A stretch of 64,000 bases of DNA from Pseudothermotoga sp. (GTDB taxonomy: Bacteria > Thermotogota > Thermotogae > Thermotogales > DSM-5069): the NCBI GenBank assembly GCA_031962025.1, contig JAVRKW010000001.1; one strand, written 5' to 3'. The notes below the pieces were generated by a model, which saw only the letters and a program-made list of their open reading frames with translations, made no database searches and was not told where the DNA came from. Below, piece after piece: positions 19,791 to 29,713 of the stretch; positions within the stretch are counted from its first letter, which is position 1; every line of letters begins with the position of its first letter. Both the position numbers and the translations under genes were made by a program.

Positions 19791-21059
19791 TCAGATGTAA
19801 GCAGTCAGATCAAACAGTCCGTGACCGCTGAGGTTGAAAACTATAACTTTTCTGGCTTTTTCCTGTTTTGCCATTTGAGCTTCTCTGATTGCTCCGGCAA
19901 TTGCATAAGAACTCTCTGGTGCAGGAACAATACCTTCCAATCTCGCAAATAATTTTGCCGCTTTGAAAACTTCATCCTGATCCAGTGCAATTGCTTCAAC
20001 GAGTTTTTCTTTAACCAGTTTGGAGATTATCGGTGCAGCACCGTGATAGCGCAAGCCTCCCGCGTGGATCTTGGGCGGGATGAAATCTTTGCCCAGTGTG
20101 TACATTTTCAAAAGCGGTGTCATTCCGGCGGTATCTCCATAATCGTACTCGTAACGACCCTGAGTTAGAGATGGGCATGCAGTTGGTTCACAGGCTAAGA
20201 GTTTGATCTGTTTTCCAGAAAGTTTGTCCGGTACAAACGGCAGAATTGTTCCACCAAAGTTTGAGCCCCCACCATGGCAGCCTATAACAACGTCTGGTTT
20301 CTCATCAATGATCTGCAGTTGTTTTTTGATTTCAAGCCCTATCACCGTCTGATGCAGAAGAACATGGTTGAGAACACTTCCAAGTGAATACTTGGTTTTT
20401 GGATCTGATAGTGCGACTTCGATTGCTTCGCTGATCGCTATACCGAGACTTCCTGGCATATCACCATTTTTCTCAAGCAGAGATCTACCGAACTTGGTGC
20501 GTTCACTTGGACTTGGTACAACATCTCCACCGAAGAACTTCATCAGGTATTTTCGCATTGGCTTTTGTTCATAACTGATCTTGACCATGAAAACATTGAC
20601 TGTTAAACCGAATTTTGCACCGGAATAGCACAGTGCGCTTCCCCACTGTCCTGCACCTGTTTCGGTGACAAGCCTTTCTGTACCAGAGATTTTGTTGTAA
20701 TAAGCCTGTGCAAGGGCTGTGTTCGTCTTATGGCTGCCAGTTGGGCTTGCACCTTCGTATTTGTAGTAGATCTTGGCTGGAGTCTGCAAAAACTGTTCAA
20801 GATAAGTTGCCCTGATCAAAGGAGTTGGTCTAAAGACAGCGTACTCTTCGAGGACTGCTTCTGGAATTGGAATCTCGCGCCTGTCACTTACCTCCTGTTC
20901 GATCAAAGGCATCGGGAAAATTGCCGAAAGTGCTTGTGGTGATATGGGCTGTTTTGTTTTTGGATCGAGTGGGGGATCGAGTTTGAACGGCAGATCAGCC
21001 AGCACGTTGTACCAGTACCTTGGAATTTCGTCGACCTTTAGATCCACCCTGATTCTCAT
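19791..21059 (-). CDS. trpB2: Tryptophan synthase beta chain 2 (TrpB2, PLP-dependent)
   Basis: [16 protein letters not shown] (PLP Lys), [31 protein letters not shown] 21059 follows GGAGGTG. Confidence 0.94.
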   Translation of the reverse strand: MRIRVDLKVDEIPRYWYNVLADLPFKLDPPLDPKTKQPISPQALSAIFPMPLIEQEVSDRREIPIPEAVLEEYAVFRPTPLIRATYLEQFLQTPAKIYYKYEGASPTGSHKTNTALAQAYYNKISGTERLVTETGAGQWGSALCYSGAKFGLTVNVFMVKISYEQKPMRKYLMKFFGGDVVPSPSERTKFGRSLLEKNGDMPGSLGIAISEAIEVALSDPKTKYSLGSVLNHVLLHQTVIGLEIKKQLQIIDEKPDVVIGCHGGGSNFGGTILPFVPDKLSGKQIKLLACEPTACPSLTQGRYEYDYGDTAGMTPLLKMYTLGKDFIPPKIHAGGLRYHGAAPIISKLVKEKLVEAIALDQDEVFKAAKLFARLEGIVPAPESSYAIAGAIREAQMAKQEKARKVIVFNLSGHGLFDLTAYI

Positions 21060-21085
21060 AAAACCACCTCCTGATGATTTAAAAT

Positions 21086-21117
21086 AAAAAAAAGGGGCTC
21101 TCTTTGTTGAGAGCCCC
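21086..21117 (-). terminator. Attenuator terminator in the trpB2 leader
   Basis: GGGGCTCTC-aacaaa-GAGAGCCCC followed by U8. Confidence 0.9.
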
Positions 21118-21145
21118 AATTCGGTGTAGCAAAACAAAAGTGGTA

Positions 21146-21226
21146 CTACCCCACCGAATTGGGGCAGTACCACCACCATTGATTGTTATCAACTATGGCA
21201 ACAAAACCTTTAAGAAAAATACTCAA
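21146..21226 (-). CDS. trpL: Trp leader peptide [26 protein letters not shown]
   Basis: GAGGTG RBS 7 nt before TTG; three tandem TGG codons overlapping mutually exclusive hairpins. Confidence 0.85.
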   Translation of the reverse strand: MSIFLKGFVAIVDNNQWWWYCPNSVG

Positions 21227-21398
21227 GCATTTGCACCTCTTGTGCTTGATGATACACCCAGAATGATTCAAAGTCAAGTGATTTCAATGGCAATTTAATA
21301 TATCTGCGAAAATTACCGATCTTAATTACTATTTTCCCCCTAACTGGTGGTAAAATTAAAATTGTACTATTAGCGAACAAAGAAAAGGGGTTGAGACT

Positions 21399-23387
21399 GT
21401 GGAAAGACTTAAAATCGATGATTTTCTGAATTACAAGTTTTTGTCAAATCCAACCTTTTCCGAGGACGGGAAATATCTTGCCTTCGTAGTTCATGAAAGC
21501 GATTACGACGATAACAGATATCTTTCAACAATCTGGCTCTATAAAGATGGTGATGTAAAACAACTGACAACCTTCGGGCAGGAAAGTACGTTCATCTGGC
21601 TTGATGAACAGACTATATTGTTCCCAAGTCTGAGAGAAGAAAAAGACAGAAAAAGGAAGGAAAATTCAGAGCCATTCACGATCTTTTATAAAATCAACAT
21701 CTTTGGAGGTGAAGCTCAAAGGGCTTTCGAAGTGCCATTGACAGTCAAGCAGATTGAAAAACTTGACCAGAACAGATTTGTATTAACAGCCATTTGGGAC
21801 AACAACTTGCAGGATCTTTCCAAAATGAATGAAAAAGAAAAAGAAGAATATCTGAAAAAAGTCAAAGAAGAGAAGGATTATCAGGTCGTGGATGAGATAC
21901 CTTTCTGGTCAAATGGCAGCGGGTTCACAAATAAGAAAAGAATCAGGTTATACCTGTTTGACCTGCAGAAAAATTCGCTGACACCAATTACCGATGAGTT
22001 CACCAATGTCGAACAGTTCTCACTGAACGAACAAAGGACGCTTTTACTGTACATAGCCAACCGTTTCACTGACAAGATGCAGATACGCTCCGATCTGTAT
22101 CTTTACGACATAGTTGAGAATAAATCTACAAAGCTCACGCACGAAGATCCTTTTGATTACACCTTTGCCCACTTTTTGAAGGACAAGATTGTATTTGCCG
22201 GCACCAACATGAAAAAGTTCGGAATCAATGAGAACCCGAAATTCTATGCGCTTGATCCAAAAACCGGTGAAGTGGTAGTTCTCACACCGGATTTTGATTT
22301 CAGCCTCCACAACAGCGTTAACTCAGATTGCCGATATGGCAGCAGTAGGATGAGCAAAGTCGATTCAGAACACCTTTACTTTGTCACTACAGAATGGCAC
22401 AGTTCATACCTGAACAGAATAGATCTGAGTGGAAAAATAGAAAAACTCACTTTGGACAACGGTTCCGTGGATGGATTCGATGTTGTAAAAGATAGAATAG
22501 CTTTTGTCGGTCTTAAAAATATGAATTTACAGGAAATCTATGAACTGTCCGATGGACAAGAAAAAAAGATCACATCCTTCAACGAATGGGTTCTCAAACA
22601 AAGATCTGTGTGTAAACCGGAAAGATTTGAGTTTGTCTTTGACAACACAGTTTTTGAAGGTTGGATCATAAAACCGGCGGATTTTGATCCTTCAAAGAAA
22701 TATCCCGCGATACTCGATATTCACGGTGGACCAAAGACGGTTTACGGAGAGGTTTTCTTTCATGAAATGCAGTTTTGGGCAAATGAAGGATATGTTGTTC
22801 TTTACACGAATCCGCGTGGGAGCGACGGAAGAGGTAATGAATTTGCGGATATCAGAGGAAAGTACGGAACTGTGGATTACCAGGATCTGATGAATTTTGT
22901 AGATGAATCGATTAAAAGGTTTGACTTTATAGACAAAGACAGGTTAGGAGTCACCGGTGGTTCCTATGGTGGATATATGACAAACTGGATCATAACTCAA
23001 ACAGACCGTTTCAGAGCTGCTGTTTCTCAGAGAAGTATATCTAACTGGATTTCAAAATTCGGCACCACTGACATAGGCTACTTTTTCGTCGAAGACCAGC
23101 ATCTTGCAAATCCATGGACGGATTTTGAAAAACTCTGGTGGCATTCACCGATGAAATACGCCGACAGAGTTAAGACACCAACTCTTTTCATACATTCAGA
23201 TGAAGACTATAGATGCTGGATCGCTGAAGCGATTCAGATGTTTACATCGCTTAAGTATCACGGTGTTGAATCAAAACTGGTGATCTTCAAAGGGGAAAAT
23301 CACGAGCTCAGTCGAAGCGGAAAACCAAAGCACAGATTGAGAAGACTGAAGGAAATCACTGACTGGTTCAACAAATTTTTGAAGTGA
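21399..23387 (+). CDS. S9 family peptidase (acylaminoacyl/dipeptidyl aminopeptidase)
   Basis: Beta-propeller N-half; IHGGP, NPRGS, GGSYGG, DYRC, ENHEL catalytic triad. Confidence 0.93.
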   Translation: MERLKIDDFLNYKFLSNPTFSEDGKYLAFVVHESDYDDNRYLSTIWLYKDGDVKQLTTFGQESTFIWLDEQTILFPSLREEKDRKRKENSEPFTIFYKINIFGGEAQRAFEVPLTVKQIEKLDQNRFVLTAIWDNNLQDLSKMNEKEKEEYLKKVKEEKDYQVVDEIPFWSNGSGFTNKKRIRLYLFDLQKNSLTPITDEFTNVEQFSLNEQRTLLLYIANRFTDKMQIRSDLYLYDIVENKSTKLTHEDPFDYTFAHFLKDKIVFAGTNMKKFGINENPKFYALDPKTGEVVVLTPDFDFSLHNSVNSDCRYGSSRMSKVDSEHLYFVTTEWHSSYLNRIDLSGKIEKLTLDNGSVDGFDVVKDRIAFVGLKNMNLQEIYELSDGQEKKITSFNEWVLKQRSVCKPERFEFVFDNTVFEGWIIKPADFDPSKKYPAILDIHGGPKTVYGEVFFHEMQFWANEGYVVLYTNPRGSDGRGNEFADIRGKYGTVDYQDLMNFVDESIKRFDFIDKDRLGVTGGSYGGYMTNWIITQTDRFRAAVSQRSISNWISKFGTTDIGYFFVEDQHLANPWTDFEKLWWHSPMKYADRVKTPTLFIHSDEDYRCWIAEAIQMFTSLKYHGVESKLVIFKGENHELSRSGKPKHRLRRLKEITDWFNKFLK

Positions 23388-23424
23388 CTCTTGAACTGTC
23401 ACTGTATCTTATTGATAAAATATC

Positions 23425-23453
23425 TTGATCGTTAAAATTTTTAACTATATAAT
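23425..23453 (+). promoter_or_regulatory. Sigma70 promoter with a palindromic operator in the spacer
   Basis: TTGATC-17 nt-TATAAT; spacer contains GTTAAAA-T-TTTTAAC. Confidence 0.7.
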
Positions 23454-23489
23454 CTCAGTAAAATCGACTCCAAGATCTGGAGGAATAAC

Positions 23490-25556
23490 ATGAAAAGATA
23501 CAGATTGACAGTTATCTTCTTAGCTCTTGCGTTTATCTTTGGTCTTGCCGCTTTTTTTAAGGGAAAGATAAACGCCGATTATGTTGTTTTCCTGCCAGGA
23601 TACACTCCTGGCGCTACACTTGAGCAGATTGAAAACCAGGATTTGAGAAATCTTCTGGATGTTTCTAAAAAATTCTCCGACGGAACACAGGTAGTTGTGA
23701 TACTGCACTCAGACAGGACATTTTTCCAGTCAGATCAGATCATGAAGGTCGTCGATCTGCAAAATGATCTGTCAAAAGTGGAAGGTATCAAAACCGTTCT
23801 GAGTGCTCTGAACTACCCATTTAAGGTACCGTATTTCAACGGCACCACTCTCAGCGAACAAATTTTAGAAGATCCTCAGGCGAAATCATTCATTTCAAAA
23901 GACGGCAGGTATTTGCTTTTGAACTGTATACTCACACCTGTGGATGATTCAAAACCTGTTCTTAGAAGGATCGATAATGTACTGAAAAATTACCAGACCA
24001 TGTCGCCTCTTGTCTTTGGGCAGATGGTCATAAACGATCATCTGTTCAACGAGATTATAAGACAGATGCTGTTATATCCGTCGTTGATGTTCCTGGCAAT
24101 TCTTGTGGTTTTCTGGATTCAAACACGTTCTTTAAAAGCAAGTGTTTTATCCCTTGTTATTCCTCTGATTGCAACCATCATTGTTTATGGTTTTTCAGCG
24201 ATCGTTGGTGTTGAGCTCAACGTCATGACGGTTATGTGTGTCAGTTTTCTGCTTGTTATAGGTTCTGCTTACGGACTGCATTTTTACAATGGAATAGTTC
24301 GCTTTGGTAGAGATGTTAGAAAAAAGATGTTCAGACCGATCTTTTTTTCGATGTTCACAACCGCTGTGGGTTTTTTGTCTTTTCTGTTTGTGAAAATAAC
24401 AGCTTTCAGGCAACTTGGTTTGATGGTTTCATCCGGTCTTTCACTGATCTTTTTAATTCTCTTCACGGCTGGATATGAACTTTTTTATGATGAAAAAAAG
24501 GAGTATGCAAGAACCTTTTCTTTGAAAATAAACGGTGGAGTTTTTGGCAAGATTCTGATCTTTGCTGTCGCCGTTATTTGCATAATTTCACCCTTTGTTT
24601 TTCCTCGAATAAAGATCGGGATGGATCAGGCTTCGTATTTTTCCAGAAACAGTCAGGTTGGTCAGGCTTTGAGGATTCTCAGTGAACAATTCTCCTACCG
24701 CGAACCAGTCTACATAATGATAGAGAAGGACAGTTTTTTCACAGTCAAAGATACACAGAACATCAAACAAATACTCGAACAGGTGAGCAGTATAAATGGT
24801 GTCGCCTCAGTTCAATTCCCAATTTCATACCCAGTTCCAACTCTCGCATTACTGGCACGCGTTCAACCTGCTATAAATTACTTTGTGGCTGACGGGAAGA
24901 CGATAAGAATAGTCGCAAATATAACCGATGAAGCATACATGCAGGCTGGAAAGATCAAAAAAGCATTATATGAAGAGCTGAAAAATTACAATGAATACAG
25001 ATTCACGATAGCAAGTGCATCGTTTATCGTAGATCAGATAAATTCCCAGATATTGAAAAGCCAGATTCAAAGCCTTATTACATCTTTAATTCTGATCTTT
25101 GCTTCTATTGTCATTGCCTTCAAAAGTATCGAATTTTCAGCTCTCATAGTGATACCGGTTCTGTTGACGGCAATTTTCAATTTCATTTTTATTTACCTCA
25201 TGAGGCTCAGGCTGGATATCGCAACATCTATTGTCGCAAGCATACTGGTCGGTCTTGTGGTGGATTATTCCATACATTTGGCACACGATTTGAAGACAAC
25301 CAAGGACATATCAAAGTCAATCGAAAACATTGGTATGCCGGTTCTCACCAATGCACTCGGTTTGATTGCAGGTTTTATGGTTATGTCACTTTCAAGACTT
25401 GCACTTTTCAGAAATGTATCGATACTTCTCGTACTTGGGATAGCTTTTGGTGTATCTTTTACGATATTCTCTCAGCCGCTGATAATACAAAAGATGGTGA
25501 GAAAACTTGAGACTGGACAGGTTTCTTTCAAACGCGAAGATGGGTACAAGAAGTGA
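23490..25556 (+). CDS. MMPL/RND superfamily exporter
   Basis: Two repeats of periplasmic domain plus TM bundle; IGSAYGLH, TTAVGF, GLVVDYSIH. Confidence 0.88.
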   Translation: MKRYRLTVIFLALAFIFGLAAFFKGKINADYVVFLPGYTPGATLEQIENQDLRNLLDVSKKFSDGTQVVVILHSDRTFFQSDQIMKVVDLQNDLSKVEGIKTVLSALNYPFKVPYFNGTTLSEQILEDPQAKSFISKDGRYLLLNCILTPVDDSKPVLRRIDNVLKNYQTMSPLVFGQMVINDHLFNEIIRQMLLYPSLMFLAILVVFWIQTRSLKASVLSLVIPLIATIIVYGFSAIVGVELNVMTVMCVSFLLVIGSAYGLHFYNGIVRFGRDVRKKMFRPIFFSMFTTAVGFLSFLFVKITAFRQLGLMVSSGLSLIFLILFTAGYELFYDEKKEYARTFSLKINGGVFGKILIFAVAVICIISPFVFPRIKIGMDQASYFSRNSQVGQALRILSEQFSYREPVYIMIEKDSFFTVKDTQNIKQILEQVSSINGVASVQFPISYPVPTLALLARVQPAINYFVADGKTIRIVANITDEAYMQAGKIKKALYEELKNYNEYRFTIASASFIVDQINSQILKSQIQSLITSLILIFASIVIAFKSIEFSALIVIPVLLTAIFNFIFIYLMRLRLDIATSIVASILVGLVVDYSIHLAHDLKTTKDISKSIENIGMPVLTNALGLIAGFMVMSLSRLALFRNVSILLVLGIAFGVSFTIFSQPLIIQKMVRKLETGQVSFKREDGYKK

Positions 25557-26196
25557 GGTTAAAAAGTTCATAAGATCTGGACTGGTCAGTGTGAACGGTG
25601 TACAGATCAAAGACGAGGGATTTCATGTTTCTGAAAAAGACGTCGTTGAGTTAAGGGGAAAGATCGTCGTCCCACACCGAAAAATTTACCTGATTTTCAA
25701 CAAACCCGCCGGTTATGTGAGCGACAGAACTGAAGATCAAGCTTCTGTATACGATCTGATCGACCATCCGTACTTAAATGAGCTTCAAGTCGCAGGTAGA
25801 TTGGATAAAGATGTTGAAGGTTTGCTGATTTTATCAAACGACGGTGACTTTATACACAAAATAATAAGTCCGAAAAAACACATTCAGAAAGAATACCTTG
25901 TGTGGTTCGAGGGAGAGCTCACTGACCAGAAGATAGAGCTTGTCGAAAAAGGTTTGAAGATCAAAGGCGAACAGTTCAAGCCAGCCGTTTTGAAATATGT
26001 TCAACCCGGCGTGTTGAGCCTTGTTATCACTGAAGGTAAATACCATCAGGTAAAAAAGATGATGAACTTTCTGGATCTGAAGTATTCAAGGATACAGAGA
26101 ATAAGAATTGGCACGATCGAACTTGGCAGTCTCAAGCCCGGAGATTTTCGCGAACTTTCTGAAAAGGAAATCAATTCACTGCTCTTGAATTCGTGA
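25507..26196 (+). CDS. rsuA: 16S rRNA pseudouridine synthase, RsuA family
   Basis: S4 domain MRLDRFLS, NKPAGY, GRLDKD, EGKYHQVKKM. Confidence 0.9.
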   Translation: MRLDRFLSNAKMGTRSEVKKFIRSGLVSVNGVQIKDEGFHVSEKDVVELRGKIVVPHRKIYLIFNKPAGYVSDRTEDQASVYDLIDHPYLNELQVAGRLDKDVEGLLILSNDGDFIHKIISPKKHIQKEYLVWFEGELTDQKIELVEKGLKIKGEQFKPAVLKYVQPGVLSLVITEGKYHQVKKMMNFLDLKYSRIQRIRIGTIELGSLKPGDFRELSEKEINSLLLNS

Positions 26197-27090
26197 ATGT
26201 GATCTGATCTTTGATCTTGCATAAATTACAAGCACTATAACTGTGAGTATGAATGGCAACATGTTGGTGATCTCTGAGGGTATCCTCAGCGATTGTAAGG
26301 TAATGCCGATTGTTTCTGCTATACCGAACAGCAAGGCACCGAAAGCACCAAACAGGGCAGAATTTCCTCCAAGGGCTTGAGCGGCGATTGAGATGAATCC
26401 TCTGCCTGAAGTCATATCTCTTGCAAACCACGAGACATAACCCATTGACAGAAATGCTCCACCAAAACCGGCAAAGATTCCGCTCAGAACAAGGGAGAGA
26501 AATTTCATCCTGTTCACCGAAATACCCACCGAGACAGCCGCATCCGGATTCTCACCAACAGACCTCATCCTGATACCCAATGGAGTGCTCTTGACCAGAT
26601 AGTTGACAACCAGAACAGATATTATCGCTATATAAGTCAAAGCGTTATGTCCACTCAAAACTCTTCCAATGAATGGGATGTCTTTCAAAAACAAAATGTC
26701 AACCTTTGGTATGGTGAAGCTTCTCAACGATGCAGATGATCCCTTATCACCTGTGATCGCGTAAAGCAAGAAAACGGTCAGACCAGACGAGAGTAAATTC
26801 AAAGCCACACCACCTATGACCAGATCTGTTTTCAGTTTCAGATGAAAATAAGCAAGTATCATCGCAAGTACTGTAGATGAAGCAATGCCCATCAAAAGCC
26901 CTATCCAAGCGTTGTGAGAGAATGAAGCCACTATCGTACTCCAAAAGGCAGACATCAGCATCATACCCTCGATCCCTATGTTTATGGTTCCGGTTATTGA
27001 ACTGACAAGCGCCGCCATGACACCGAATAAAAGTGGTGTAGAAACTCTAATGACACTGTACCAAAATTCAGGGTTGAGAAGGTCAATCAC
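26176..27090 (-). CDS. Nucleoside/sugar ABC transporter permease
   Basis: NIGIEGMML, GIRMRSVGENPDAA, GRGFISIAA. Confidence 0.92.
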   Translation of the reverse strand: MIDLLNPEFWYSVIRVSTPLLFGVMAALVSSITGTINIGIEGMMLMSAFWSTIVASFSHNAWIGLLMGIASSTVLAMILAYFHLKLKTDLVIGGVALNLLSSGLTVFLLYAITGDKGSSASLRSFTIPKVDILFLKDIPFIGRVLSGHNALTYIAIISVLVVNYLVKSTPLGIRMRSVGENPDAAVSVGISVNRMKFLSLVLSGIFAGFGGAFLSMGYVSWFARDMTSGRGFISIAAQALGGNSALFGAFGALLFGIAETIGITLQSLRIPSEITNMLPFILTVIVLVIYARSKIRSHSRIQEQ

Positions 27091-28132
27091 CTTTCATCGC
27101 CTCTTTAGCAACAGCTTTTTGCTTAAACCTTTCCAGCAGAGCTTCTGCTGTAATCAAAAGAATCATCAGGCTTTGAAGAACTACAACTATTTCTGGAGCC
27201 ACTCCGGTTGTTCTGCCCATGATATTGGCACCTATTCTCAGATATGCAATAAACAGTGCGCTCGGTATGACGAGGAACGGGTTATTTCGTGCCAGTATTG
27301 CCACTATGATGCCGTCAAAACCATAACCTGGTAATGATTGCCACACAAACCTTCTGTACATTGCCGCCAGTTCTATTCCGCCTGCAAGACCGGCTATTGC
27401 CCCCGAAAGAATCTGTACCCAGAAGATAACACTCATGGTTTTGATGCCGCTGTAAAGTCCAAATTTTTTGTTGGCTCCCACGACTCTTATCTTATATCCC
27501 CACTTTGTTCTGTAAAGTAGTAAACCCACCAGAACTGACAGACCGATGGCTATGAAAAGACCAGAATTCAACCTGTACTTTGTTAAAGTCGACAACCATG
27601 CAGTTTGTGGAAATTTGTGCGAGACAAGAGCGCCTGCCGTTTTATCGCGAAAATAGTTGTTGACCAGGAACAGAACGAGAAAATACGAAATGTAGTTCAT
27701 CATCAGCGACGAGACCAGCTCACTTGCTTTCCACTTTGCCCTCAAAATAGCCGGAACAAAAGCCCAGATAGAACCAAACAGAGCAGCTCCAATCAGAGTG
27801 ATGATCAAGTGTAGCCATGAAATCTGGGGAAAATTCAGAGCGAAAACCATTGCACCGAATGCGCCAAAGAACAACTGTCCTTCAGCTCCTATGTTGAATA
27901 CCTTGGCTTGAAAAACCACAGAAAGCGCTAACCCAGTCATCATGAGTGGGACTGCGTTGTTGAGAAATTCGAAAAACCGTCTCTGTGTCGTCAATGGTCC
28001 TGTCAGAAAAAGTTTAAAAGCTTGTATAGGTTCATCTGTGCTGAAGAGTAAAAAACAATAACCGATCAAAAGTGCTATCCCAACAGTTATGACAAACCTT
28101 ATCAATTCCAGAAGTACAAGTGTTCTTTTCAT
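27083..28132 (-). CDS. Nucleoside/sugar ABC transporter permease
   Basis: FNIGAEGQ, GYGFDGIIVAILARNNP. Confidence 0.92.
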   Translation of the reverse strand: MKRTLVLLELIRFVITVGIALLIGYCFLLFSTDEPIQAFKLFLTGPLTTQRRFFEFLNNAVPLMMTGLALSVVFQAKVFNIGAEGQLFFGAFGAMVFALNFPQISWLHLIITLIGAALFGSIWAFVPAILRAKWKASELVSSLMMNYISYFLVLFLVNNYFRDKTAGALVSHKFPQTAWLSTLTKYRLNSGLFIAIGLSVLVGLLLYRTKWGYKIRVVGANKKFGLYSGIKTMSVIFWVQILSGAIAGLAGGIELAAMYRRFVWQSLPGYGFDGIIVAILARNNPFLVIPSALFIAYLRIGANIMGRTTGVAPEIVVVLQSLMILLITAEALLERFKQKAVAKEAMKGD

Positions 28133-29676
28133 AAACTCACAGACTCCTTTATCTGATCATCGCTCTGCCTTTTTGCGCCGAGCATGTAATATCCTAAATC
28201 TGTTTCGGTGAGATTTTGATTTCTCAAATGTGCAACTATTTCACCTTTGTAAAGGATGAGTATTCTGTCTGCGATCTGAAGTACCTCCTGTAAATCGGTC
28301 GATATGAGAAGCACTCCTTTGCCTTCATTTCTTATCTGGATGAGTTTTTTGCGAATGAATTCACTTGAAGCAACATCTATACCGTGAGTAGGTTGATTCG
28401 CTATTACTATTTTTGAAGAATTGGTCATCTCGCGGGCAACGACAACTTTTTGCATATTTCCACCGGAAAGCATTCTGACCATTGTCGCTGGACTTTTTGC
28501 TCTGATGTTGAATTCCTTTATCATCCTGCTGGCAAAATCAGTTGCGGTTTTCTTTTTATAAAACAGTTTACCGGAATAGGGTTTTGTGTGAAATCTATCT
28601 GATATCAGGTTTTCTGCAATGGATAGGTCAAGTGCACATCCCACCTCAACTCTGTCCTCTGGAATGTGAGAAATACCAGCCTGTCTGATCTTCCAGGGGT
28701 ATGCACCGAGTATATTGCTGTTGTTCAATAGGATCTGACCAGTGGCTTTTTCTCTCAAACCGGTTAATATTTCGACCAGTTCTTTCTGACCGTTACCTTC
28801 AAGTCCTGCTATAGCCAGTATTTCCCCGGCTCTCAAAGAAAAAGTGATATTTTTAAGAACATGGGCACCATCTTCACGAAAATAATTCAGGTCCTTCACA
28901 GTTAACAAAATTTCCCCGGGTTCTCTCAGTTCTCTTTTTATGTCATATTCAAATTTTCTTCCGATCATGAGTTCAACGATATCAGTTTCGGTGAGATCTT
29001 TGTTTTCATAAGTTCCAACAACCTGTGCGTTGCGCATCACTGTTATTCTGTCGGCTATCTGTTTAACTTCATTCAGTTTGTGTGTTATAAAGATAACTGT
29101 TAAACCATTTTTGATCAATCTTCTGAGCACCTCGAACAGGTCATTCACTTCCTGCGGTGTCAGAACTGACGAAGGTTCATCGAGTATCAGTATCTTTGCA
29201 CCCCTCACGAGTGCTTTCAAAATCTCTATTCTCTGCTTCACACCAACCGGCAGATCTAAAACTTTTTCCCACAGTGGAATCTCGAAGTTCAAACTTCTGG
29301 CGTATTCAGAAATTATATTCTCCATCTTTTTAAAGTCGGCTGAGAAAAACCTTTTTCTTGGTTCTATACCCAGCATGATGTTCTCAACCACACTGAATGA
29401 CGGGACGAGCATGAAATGTTGATGCACCATGCCTATTCCAAGGGCAATGGCTTCCTTGGGTGAATTTATATGAACTGTTTTACCGAAGACTCTTATCTCG
29501 CCACTCGTGGGTTTTTCGATGCCAAAGAAGATCTTCATGAGTGTGGTTTTCCCAGCACCATTTTCACCGACTATTGCATGGACTTCGCCTTGATTGATTG
29601 AAACATTCACATTTTTGTTTGCAACGACACCATTTGGATAAATCTTTGTGATGTCAATGGCTTCGATTGCCTTCAT
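28129..29676 (-). CDS. ABC transporter ATP-binding protein (two-domain, CUT2/NupA type)
   Basis: GENGAGKTT, GMVHQHF, LSGGNMQK. Confidence 0.94.
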   Translation of the reverse strand: MKAIEAIDITKIYPNGVVANKNVNVSINQGEVHAIVGENGAGKTTLMKIFFGIEKPTSGEIRVFGKTVHINSPKEAIALGIGMVHQHFMLVPSFSVVENIMLGIEPRKRFFSADFKKMENIISEYARSLNFEIPLWEKVLDLPVGVKQRIEILKALVRGAKILILDEPSSVLTPQEVNDLFEVLRRLIKNGLTVIFITHKLNEVKQIADRITVMRNAQVVGTYENKDLTETDIVELMIGRKFEYDIKRELREPGEILLTVKDLNYFREDGAHVLKNITFSLRAGEILAIAGLEGNGQKELVEILTGLREKATGQILLNNSNILGAYPWKIRQAGISHIPEDRVEVGCALDLSIAENLISDRFHTKPYSGKLFYKKKTATDFASRMIKEFNIRAKSPATMVRMLSGGNMQKVVVAREMTNSSKIVIANQPTHGIDVASSEFIRKKLIQIRNEGKGVLLISTDLQEVLQIADRILILYKGEIVAHLRNQNLTETDLGYYMLGAKRQSDDQIKESVSL

Positions 29677-29689
29677 CTTCTCCCCACCA

Positions 29690-29713
29690 GAAAGAGGGAG
29701 CAGATGCTCCCTC
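29690..29713 (-). terminator. Hairpin between the binding-protein and ATPase genes
   Basis: GAGGGAGCA-tc-TGCTCCCTC followed by TTTC. Confidence 0.6.

Noticed and set aside
21060..21179. 40-aa N-terminal extension of TrpB2
   Set aside because: The region is the attenuator; a strong RBS precedes ATG 21059
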